In this document: in pieces, positions 54,333 through 61,287 of the stretch
How the letters are laid out: every line of letters starts with the position of its first letter
Numbering within the stretch: the first letter of the stretch is position 1
NCBI GenBank assembly: GCA_012515615.1
Contig: JAAYYB010000308.1
Coordinates: 7,761 to 71,760, forward strand
DNA length: 64,000 nucleotides
Source of the DNA: Fibrobacter sp.
GTDB taxonomy: Bacteria; Fibrobacterota; Chitinivibrionia; Chitinivibrionales; Chitinispirillaceae
Direction of reading: 5' to 3'
The notes under the pieces: generated by a model
The model's database searches: none
Told to the model about the DNA's origin: nothing
Seen by the model: only the letters and a program-made list of their open reading frames with translations
Made by a program: the position numbers and the translations under genes

Positions 54333-54400
54333 GAGTGTGCCGAGCGTGTGGAGACTGTATGCATTCGTAAACATGTAAAGTTGACAAGAAGGGGGAAGAA

Positions 54401-55540
54401 ATGATAAGGACAATTCCGGAGAGCGGATGGATACCGGTCTTTACAGCAGGGGAACATACAGACATGTTCAGTCGTAAACGAAACTGGACGGAGTCGGACC
54501 TTGACACAATAATCAAAAATTCGGACCCTGCGATAAACGATGCGCCGGCAGTTTTCGGACACCCCGAAATGTCAAGTCCGAGGTACGGGACGGTATCGGA
54601 GCTCAAACGGTTCGGTAAACTCCTTTGTGTAAAGTTCAAGGACGTTGCCGCTGACTTTGCGGATGCAGTGAACAAAAAGCTGTACCCGGACCGGTCGGTA
54701 GGAATAGACAAAAACATGAGATTGACACATGTGGGTTTTCTGGGAGCTCATGCACCGGCGATAGAGGGACTCCCCCCGGCCACATTCGCCGCCCCTGACC
54801 AGGAGACATCGGTTTACCAGTTCGCGGCCCCTGAAATGAATCTTATCAGCAGAATATTCCGCCGCCTCAGAGACTTCTTCATTGAAAAGTACGATACCGA
54901 TACCGCAGACAAGTTTATCTCCCAGTGGGATCTTGACTATCTGAACGAACTCAACAATTCATCAAACGAAACAGTGTCTGCGTTCGCAGACGGAAATGAG
55001 GAGGGTAATATGGATATTGTCCAGTTGCAGGCAAAACTGGCTGAGAAGGAGACTCAACTGGCTCAGTTTGCCGCTGAGAAGACATCACAGTCCCAGGAGA
55101 TTACAACCCTGAAGGCTGAAATCGAAAACCTGAAAGGGCAGCTCGGCATCCAGCTTTTCGCCTCCCGTAAAAAGGATTTCGAGACATTCGTTGACGGGCT
55201 GATAGACGGGGGGAAAGTGGCGCCGGCTATCAGGGGGGATCTGGTTGACTGCCTGGAGATCATGCACGGTGCAGGAGAGTACAAGTTCGCAAGCGCGGGC
55301 GAGAACACAAAGAAGCCGGCAGTTGAAGTTTTCAAAACTGTCCTTTCATCATTTCCCAAACAGGTCACTTTCGGGGAGCACGCGACAAAAGGCAAACAGT
55401 CCGCAGGTACATCGGAGATTGAAATGCAGTTCGGAGCATCGGTGGACCCTGACCGCATGCAGATCCACACCAGGGCAGTGGAGATTCAGACAGCGGAAAA
55501 AATCTCCTACGAAGACGCTCTGAAAAAAGCGATGAAATAG
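54401..55540 (+). CDS. Prohead protease/scaffold protein (Mu gpI/Z-like layout)
   Basis: 379 aa. The N-terminal domain (GWIPVFTAGEH...PAVFGHPE...HVGFLGAHAPAIEGL) is followed by a coiled-coil scaffold-like C-terminal half. It lies immediately upstream of the capsid gene. Confidence 0.6.
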   Translation: MIRTIPESGWIPVFTAGEHTDMFSRKRNWTESDLDTIIKNSDPAINDAPAVFGHPEMSSPRYGTVSELKRFGKLLCVKFKDVAADFADAVNKKLYPDRSVGIDKNMRLTHVGFLGAHAPAIEGLPPATFAAPDQETSVYQFAAPEMNLISRIFRRLRDFFIEKYDTDTADKFISQWDLDYLNELNNSSNETVSAFADGNEEGNMDIVQLQAKLAEKETQLAQFAAEKTSQSQEITTLKAEIENLKGQLGIQLFASRKKDFETFVDGLIDGGKVAPAIRGDLVDCLEIMHGAGEYKFASAGENTKKPAVEVFKTVLSSFPKQVTFGEHATKGKQSAGTSEIEMQFGASVDPDRMQIHTRAVEIQTAEKISYEDALKKAMK

Positions 55541-55615
55541 GAAAATCAGGAAACAGCAGGCAGAACCGGAAAAATTAACAAACAATAACACGACACTATC
55601 AGGAGGAAAATTCGA

Positions 55616-56551
55616 ATGGGAGACAGGTTAAACAATATCAGAGTGATAGACCCGGTACTTACCACTATCGCGCTGGGGTATTCAAACGCGGATGCGGTTG
55701 GAGACTTTCTGGCGCCCTATGTGCCGGTTGCCCTTGAGTCAGGGAAGATTCCCTCTTTCGGTAAAGAGGCGTTCAAACTTTACAATACGACAAGGGCAAT
55801 CAGGGCGGCATCAAACCGGATGAATCCGGAGGGGATTCAAATGATCCCGTATGCAATCGAAGAACACGATTTGGAATACCCTATTGACTACAGGGAAGAT
55901 ACTGAATCGATGTTCAATATGCAGAAGCTCGGTACCAGGACATTGCAGGGGATCTTCGCTGTTGAACGCGAGAAGCAGATCGCGGATATCGCCCAGGCTG
56001 CGGCAACCTACGGTGACGGGAATAAAGTGAAGCTGACCGGAAATGATAAGTGGTCGGATTACACACCCGGGCACAGCAACCCTAACGTTGATGTCGATGC
56101 AGGCCGCGAAGCGGTAAGGGCCAGAACAGGTAAATACCCGAATGTAGGTGTTATCGGACCGACCGCTTTCTCAAAAGCAAAGAGACACCCGGAAGTGCTC
56201 GCCCGTTTCCAATTCACTGGAAAGATTACTGTCACGGCTGCAATGCTGGCAGAGCTGTGGGAGATCGATCACCTGTATGTGGGCAAGATGGTTTATGCGG
56301 ATGACGCAGATGTATTCCATGATATCTGGGCTGACAACGTGGTACTTGGCTATGTGCCGCAGACCAGCTCTACGGACCGTGATGTTTACGAGCCGTCGTT
56401 TGCTTACACAATCCGCAAAAAGAGCCTGCCACAGGTTGATGTAAGAACTGAAAACGGGGGAAAGCTCATATTGGTCCGCAATACAGACTGTTTTGCGGCG
56501 AAGGTTCTTGGAGCCGATGCAGGGTATCTGATTGAGGATACCAACGCCTAA
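55616..56551 (+). CDS. Major capsid protein (family not resolved)
   Basis: 311 aa. The position after the protease/scaffold gene and the size are typical of HK97-fold/E-like capsid proteins. Confidence 0.7.
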   Translation: MGDRLNNIRVIDPVLTTIALGYSNADAVGDFLAPYVPVALESGKIPSFGKEAFKLYNTTRAIRAASNRMNPEGIQMIPYAIEEHDLEYPIDYREDTESMFNMQKLGTRTLQGIFAVEREKQIADIAQAAATYGDGNKVKLTGNDKWSDYTPGHSNPNVDVDAGREAVRARTGKYPNVGVIGPTAFSKAKRHPEVLARFQFTGKITVTAAMLAELWEIDHLYVGKMVYADDADVFHDIWADNVVLGYVPQTSSTDRDVYEPSFAYTIRKKSLPQVDVRTENGGKLILVRNTDCFAAKVLGADAGYLIEDTNA

Positions 56552-56590
56552 CCGCGGATAGATCCGGATACCGCGGATAACGCGGGATCC
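56552..56590 (+). repeat. CGCGGATA-type tandem array (4 units, about 10 bp)
   Basis: CCGCGGATA GATCCGGATA CCGCGGATAA CGCGGGATCC, directly after the capsid stop. Confidence 0.7.
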
Positions 56591-56594
56591 GGAA

Positions 56595-56618
56595 ATGGAC
56601 TGTATGGACAGAATGGAC
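56595..56618 (+). repeat. ATGGACNNN tandem array (3 units, 9 bp)
   Basis: ATGGACTGT ATGGACAGA ATGGAC, immediately 5' of the AAGGAGG SD of the 56631 gene. Confidence 0.9.
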
Positions 56619-56630
56619 AAAGGAGGTGGT

Positions 56631-56873
56631 ATGAAGTTTACAGTTAAGGGGACAACGATCCGGTACAACGGGAAGGATTACCGGCCCGGGTCGGTAATCA
56701 ATATGACAGAGGATACTGCGAAGGATAACGAGCGGTACCTCGATCCACTTCCGCCTGAACCGGCCAGCGAAGAGAAGAAGAAGGCGGAAGCGCAGGAGGG
56801 TATTCCCGAGGATAATGATACACTGCCGCCTGAGTCGAAAGGCGGGAAAAAGAAGAAAGGGGACGAGAAGTAA
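56631..56873 (+). CDS. Hypothetical head-associated protein with a Lys/Glu-rich tail
   Basis: 80 aa counted from the ATG at 56631, which has a strong SD. The track start at 56595 would translate the repeats. Confidence 0.5.
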   Translation: MKFTVKGTTIRYNGKDYRPGSVINMTEDTAKDNERYLDPLPPEPASEEKKKAEAQEGIPEDNDTLPPESKGGKKKKGDEK

Positions 56874-57364
56874 TGAAGTCATCAAATCCTACCGGAACAT
56901 GCAGTATACCCGCCCTGGTCGATCTCGACAGATTCCTGTTTGTCGGGCTTGACGGAGGGCTGTGTCAAGCGGGAGCGAAGGCTCTCGGGGTGTGCGCGGC
57001 CGATACCGGCCAGGGTAAACAGGCACCTGTTGACATTTCAGGCATTCTGGTTGTGAGATCAGGCCCGACCCCGTTTGCCCCTGGCACACCTATGATGAGT
57101 GATCATCAGGGTTTGGCAATCCCGGCGATTCCTGTCGCAGTTGGTGCGACAGTCGATACAACTGTTGGTGTGACCACGTCTCTGGCAGAGGGGACCGAAC
57201 CGGTCACTTCTGATGCGGCAACTCCAACAGTGACATCAACGGCAACTGCGGAAAGTACCGCCGATGCTACTCTTGCCGGGTCTGTTCTTCCAGAGCAAGT
57301 AAACGGGTGGGCTCTGGACGGATCGACAGGATTAGGATGCCTGGTCAGGATCCTGCGGGCTTAA
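56873..57364 (+). CDS. DUF2190-like head decoration/cement protein candidate
   Basis: 163 aa. The LFVGLDGGLCQAGAKALGVCAADTGQGKQAPVDISGILVVRSG pattern is typical of DUF2190. It lies downstream of the capsid gene. Confidence 0.55.
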   Translation: MKSSNPTGTCSIPALVDLDRFLFVGLDGGLCQAGAKALGVCAADTGQGKQAPVDISGILVVRSGPTPFAPGTPMMSDHQGLAIPAIPVAVGATVDTTVGVTTSLAEGTEPVTSDAATPTVTSTATAESTADATLAGSVLPEQVNGWALDGSTGLGCLVRILRA

Positions 57365-57381
57365 CCAGAGGAACTATACAG

Positions 57382-57819
57382 ATGGCTTATTGCACTTATG
57401 GCGACCTGCTTGATACGATGTCTGAAGTGTCAATTGCACAATTGACCGATGACACTGGGGTAAATCAGATTGACATGGAAAAAGTGAATAAAGCTCTCGG
57501 TGATGCGGGGGAGCTGGTTGACAGCTACCTGAAAGGGAGGTACAACCTCCCTTTAATTCAAGTGCCGACTATGGTCTGCAGGCTGGCTGCTACCATAGCT
57601 CGGTACTTCCTGTATTCGCGGCGTCCCGAGCAGGAAGTACCAAAGACTGTAGAGAAGACATACGAGGATGCGGTGAAGAGCCTGGAATTAGTAAGAGACG
57701 GAAAGATCAATATCGGAATCAAAGAGGCTTCTGGTGCACAACCTGAACCAGGCAAATACAAAGTTTCAAAAGCAAATGAGGATAGGCTATTCCCCAGGGA
57801 TGTGCTTGATAGGTATTAA
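57382..57819 (+). CDS. Head-tail connector protein (Mu gp36 / DUF1320)
   Basis: MAYCTYGDLLD...IAQLTDD...ALGDAGELVDSYLKGRYNLPL...ATIARYFLY matches the gp36 family pattern. Confidence 0.75.
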   Translation: MAYCTYGDLLDTMSEVSIAQLTDDTGVNQIDMEKVNKALGDAGELVDSYLKGRYNLPLIQVPTMVCRLAATIARYFLYSRRPEQEVPKTVEKTYEDAVKSLELVRDGKINIGIKEASGAQPEPGKYKVSKANEDRLFPRDVLDRY

Positions 57820-58008
57820 TACTATGAACGCAGAGAGAGAGGCAACCACACAGGCGATTGAGGGGATACACGTCTGGCAGACGCGTGTACCCGGCGCAAC
57901 AAGGTTAACCTTGGTTACAACACTCAGACTGTCTGCTCTGTGGCTTCTCGTTAGTAGAGAGAGCGGGGCTGCCTTTCCCGGCCCCGCTATTTTTAAAGGC
58001 AGGTAAAA

Positions 58009-58506
58009 GTGGGTTTAACTGACCTTGAAACACAGATCGTTGACCGGTTAAAGAGCCGGTTGACAAATATTCAGGTGGAGCCGTACCCGGATCGTCCGGC
58101 TGAGTACAAGCTGCTGCACCCCACCGGGGCGGTTCTGGTGCACTATCAAGGGTCAAGGTACGGGAAGCGCCGGGCTACAGATGCTGTTGTCCAGGAGCGG
58201 CGCCTTGAGTTCGGTATTACGGTGATGGCCCGTCATTTACGAGTGCACACAGGCGCATACGCGATACTCGATTCTGTGTGTGCTATCCTGACCGGATGGA
58301 AACCCGCAGGGTACGGGAAAGTATACCCGCTCTCAGACGGCTTTTTATCGGAGGATACGGGGATCTGGCAGTATCAGATGTCGTTTGCGGTCGATTCGGT
58401 GAATGTGGAGATCGCCGAGGAGGAGCAGAAGGTTCTGCTTACAAAACTGACCTTTACAAATCCGGAATACGGAGATTTTGACGCTGTAAACAAGGAGGGT
58501 GAATGA
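58009..58506 (+). CDS. Gp37/Gp68-family head-tail protein
   Basis: 165 aa with a GTG start. LETQIVDRLKSRL...PTGAVLVHYQGS fits the family as I remember it. Confidence 0.55.
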   Translation: MGLTDLETQIVDRLKSRLTNIQVEPYPDRPAEYKLLHPTGAVLVHYQGSRYGKRRATDAVVQERRLEFGITVMARHLRVHTGAYAILDSVCAILTGWKPAGYGKVYPLSDGFLSEDTGIWQYQMSFAVDSVNVEIAEEEQKVLLTKLTFTNPEYGDFDAVNKEGE

Positions 58507-58784
58507 AATATATCTATCGTGGTCCAGTTTCCGGTGTTACCCTGAAAACGTCCCGGGGAAAACTGGAGAAAAAGCTTTTTCCCGGGCGCGAGGTGGATCT
58601 TCCACCGGAGCACCCGCATGTGAGAGTGATGGAGGCCCGGGGACACCTGGTGCAAGTGTACGAGGGTACGATTGCACGAGGGTACGAGGGTACGAGGGAT
58701 GAGGGACGAGTGGAGAATGAGTCGCGGCAGGAGGCAGGTTCCGGCCGTGTAAAGAAAGAGAAATCGAAGGGAGGCACTGATTGA
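58503..58784 (+). CDS. Hypothetical protein upstream of the sheath gene
   Basis: 93 aa, translationally coupled at both ends (ATGA and TTGA overlaps). The C-terminal part is encoded by 8-bp repeats. Confidence 0.5.
   Translation: MKYIYRGPVSGVTLKTSRGKLEKKLFPGREVDLPPEHPHVRVMEARGHLVQVYEGTIARGYEGTRDEGRVENESRQEAGSGRVKKEKSKGGTD
58659..58710 (+). repeat. (T)ACGAGGG tandem array (about 6 units, 8-bp period)
   Basis: TACGAGGG TACGATTG CACGAGGG TACGAGGG TACGAGGG ATGAGGG ACGAG. Confidence 0.85.
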
Positions 58785-60250
58785 GCGCAGCATATCTTCA
58801 TGGAGTAGAAACAGTCGAGGTACAGAAAGGGGCGCGGTCGATACAGACAGTAAAGACCGCGATTATAGGTCTGGTAGGGACTGCGCCGATATTCGAGCTG
58901 GCAGCCGCTTACCAGTCAATCAACAAACCGGTATTGTGCCTGGGCGACAGAGACGCCGTTCAGAATTTTGGAACCGCCCGCGAAGGCTACACGATTCCGC
59001 AGGCACTTGATGCTATTCTCTCCAAGGGTGCCGGAACCGTAGTGGTCATAAACGTGTTTGACCCGTCAACACACAAGACCGATGTTGCCGCACCAGGTGA
59101 GGCCCACACATTCCCGAACAGCGATACGGATCTCAGTATCGATCTGGGCCATGAGGGCCTGAGCGGTGTAGTTGTAAAGAATTCCGACGATACGGTAACA
59201 TATCAGCTCACCACTGACTACACGGTAGACGCTGTCAACGGGACAATTACCCGGGTGACAACCGGCGCAATCGCCAAGAACGGAGCTGTGAAGGTTACCT
59301 ATTCCTACGCAGACCCGAGCGCAGTGGAGGCATCGGATATTATCGGCACAGTCGATGAATCCGGGAACCGCACCGGTCTCAAGGCGCTGCGCGACACGTT
59401 TTCACTCTACGGGTTCAACCCGAAGATCATAATTGCTCCAGGGTTTTCATCGACGGACAGCGTTGTTGTCGAGATGGAAGCTATCGCCGAGAAGCTCCGC
59501 GCTGTCGCACTTATCGACGCGCCTGCATCGACGACTTTTTCCGAGGCGATAGAGGGCCGGGGTCCGGAGGGAACAATCAATTTCGAATATGCCGGCGGGA
59601 GACTCATACTCCTTTACCCTCATGTAAAGGTATATGATCCAGTAACCGACTCTATTGTGCTTGAGCCGTACTCGCAGCATTATGCGGGTCTGATGGCTGA
59701 CAACGATATCCAGAGGGGATACCACTGGTCACCGTCAAGTAAGAAAATTTCCGGCATTGTCGGTATGGAGCTTCCGCTGACAGCCGGCATCAATGATTCA
59801 TCCAGCGAGGTGAACGCGCTTAACGCGGCGGGAATTGTCACTATATTCAATTCTTTCGGTACCGGTTATCTTGCCTTCGGCAACCGCACGGCCGCATACC
59901 CGACAGACACTCACCCCAGAACATTTATCCCGGTGCTCAGAACCGCGGATGTGATCCATGAAAGTATCGAATACGCGATGCTTCAGTTTATCGACTGGCC
60001 GATTGACCAGGCGTTTATAGATTCGGTCATTGAGTCTGTAAACGCATTCCTGCGGACACTGATCGGCCGGAAGGCAATTCACGATGGATCGTGCACCTAT
60101 GATCCAAATGACAATCCCGTGACAGAACTGGCGGCAGGACACATAGTGTTCGGTTATGATTTCATGCCTCCGCCGCCTGCAGAGCGGATAACATTCAAGA
60201 GTTTCATCGATATCAACATGCTCAAATCGCTCTCTGGAGGTAACGCATGA
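58781..60250 (+). CDS. Contractile tail sheath protein
   Basis: 489 aa with a TTG start. The N-terminal AAYLHGVETVEV...TAIIGLVGTAP is typical of P2 FI / Mu gpL sheaths. It is followed by the tube gene. Confidence 0.85.
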   Translation: MSAAYLHGVETVEVQKGARSIQTVKTAIIGLVGTAPIFELAAAYQSINKPVLCLGDRDAVQNFGTAREGYTIPQALDAILSKGAGTVVVINVFDPSTHKTDVAAPGEAHTFPNSDTDLSIDLGHEGLSGVVVKNSDDTVTYQLTTDYTVDAVNGTITRVTTGAIAKNGAVKVTYSYADPSAVEASDIIGTVDESGNRTGLKALRDTFSLYGFNPKIIIAPGFSSTDSVVVEMEAIAEKLRAVALIDAPASTTFSEAIEGRGPEGTINFEYAGGRLILLYPHVKVYDPVTDSIVLEPYSQHYAGLMADNDIQRGYHWSPSSKKISGIVGMELPLTAGINDSSSEVNALNAAGIVTIFNSFGTGYLAFGNRTAAYPTDTHPRTFIPVLRTADVIHESIEYAMLQFIDWPIDQAFIDSVIESVNAFLRTLIGRKAIHDGSCTYDPNDNPVTELAAGHIVFGYDFMPPPPAERITFKSFIDINMLKSLSGGNA

Positions 60251-60762
60251 GTATTGAGATAAACAGGGTTACAAACGCCAATGTCTACATTGACGGTACC
60301 AGTCTTCTCGGGAAGGTTGACGAAGTCACCCTTCCTGAGATCAAGCCGCTCATGAGTGAGCACAAGGCATTGGGCATGATCGCCAAGATCGAGCTGCCAT
60401 CAGGCATTGACAAGCTGGAAGCAAAGTTCAAGTTCAACAGCTTCTACCCGTCGGTCATGATGTCGATCGCAAACCCGTACTCTGTCCGCAAGGTCATGGT
60501 GCGGGCATCGGCGGAGACCTACACCGGCATGGGGAAAATTTCGGAGGTTCCGGTAGTGTGCCACATGTCCGGAACTTTCAAGAAGATCCCGATGGGAGGT
60601 TTCAAGCAGGCTGAAAATGTCGAGCTTGAGACAGAGATGAACTGCCTTTACGCCAAGATGATGATCAGGGGTGTCACGATATTTGAGCTTGACACAATGG
60701 CCAATATATTCAAGGTGGCCGGGGCCGATATTCTGGCAATGTACAGGCTGAATATAGGGTAA
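60247..60762 (+). CDS. Tail tube protein (P2 FII / Mu gpM type)
   Basis: 171 aa. NRVTNANVYIDGTSLLGKVDEVTLPEIK is the typical N-terminus. Confidence 0.85.
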   Translation: MSIEINRVTNANVYIDGTSLLGKVDEVTLPEIKPLMSEHKALGMIAKIELPSGIDKLEAKFKFNSFYPSVMMSIANPYSVRKVMVRASAETYTGMGKISEVPVVCHMSGTFKKIPMGGFKQAENVELETEMNCLYAKMMIRGVTIFELDTMANIFKVAGADILAMYRLNIG

Positions 60763-60764
60763 GA

Positions 60765-60780
60765 ACGAGGGTACGAGAGT
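60765..60780 (+). repeat. ACGAGGGT ACGAGAGT (2 units) just after the tube stop
   Basis: It belongs to the same 8-mer family as 58659-58710. Confidence 0.6.
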
Positions 60781-60877
60781 GCCCCTCAAATAGATAAAAA
60801 CAACCCGCCATTCCTCTCCCCTTCCTCGCGGTCTGCGGGGTCGGGAAGGGACTGGCAAATAAGAAGAGAGGATCAAG

Positions 60878-61159
60878 ATGGATAAGACAGAAAAGGACCT
60901 GCTCCCCGCAGGCAGAGAGGTACCGCTTCCCAGCGGAAAGACAGCACATTTCATCAATGGTAAAGGGCAGCATCTGATGAACGCGATGAAAATCGCGGGA
61001 GACAACCAGAACCTCCTGCCGTTTGCACTTATCGCTGAGCTGGCCACTATTGACGGTCAGGCAATAGTGGCAGAGGAAATATCTGAGATGGATCTGCCGG
61101 ATGTTGTTCAGCTGATGAAGGAGGTTTCCCCTTTGTTAGGTGCAGTCCCCAGCAAATAA
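60878..61159 (+). CDS. Tail assembly chaperone (P2 gpE-like, 0-frame product)
   Basis: 93 aa, between the tube and tape-measure genes. Confidence 0.65.
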   Translation: MDKTEKDLLPAGREVPLPSGKTAHFINGKGQHLMNAMKIAGDNQNLLPFALIAELATIDGQAIVAEEISEMDLPDVVQLMKEVSPLLGAVPSK

Positions 61160-61287
61160 TCAACCTGAGTAATACAACAGGCTGGGGATACTGGGATATC
61201 TGTCAGATGCCGATCGGGGATCTTCCGTACTGGATCGAGCAGACAAACAAATACAACAAGATGGTGAACGAGTCTTTCGAGGCATAG
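60878..61287 (+). CDS. Predicted -1 frameshift chaperone product (gpE+E'-like)
   Basis: The -1 frame is open from 61087 to the TAG at 61285-61287, which abuts the tape-measure ATG. The extension ...GYWDICQMPIGDLPYWIEQTNKYNK resembles the P2 E' segment. Confidence 0.5.
61129..61135 (+). promoter_or_regulatory. Candidate -1 slippery heptamer C_CCT_TTG
   Basis: It has the X_XXY_YYZ pattern in the correct 0-frame phasing (tcC CCT TTG), 24 nt before the 0-frame stop. Confidence 0.45.

Noticed and set aside
54026-54717. Three ORFs of 77-182 aa in the divergent late control region (54026-54562 and 54169-54717 on the minus strand, 54171-54404 on the plus strand).
   Set aside because: They have odd Cys/Arg/Pro-rich compositions, span the 50-bp palindrome, overlap the well-supported protease/scaffold gene start and lack an SD. 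They are treated as non-coding regulatory DNA.
39139-56618. Possible CRISPR array(s), suggested by the short regularly spaced repeats (ATGGAC, CGGATTA and ACGAGGGT families).
   Set aside because: The units are 8-10 bp and directly tandem, with no 25-40-bp unique spacers. There are at most 6 units per site, and no cas genes or leader. They are micro-satellite-like arrays, not CRISPR.
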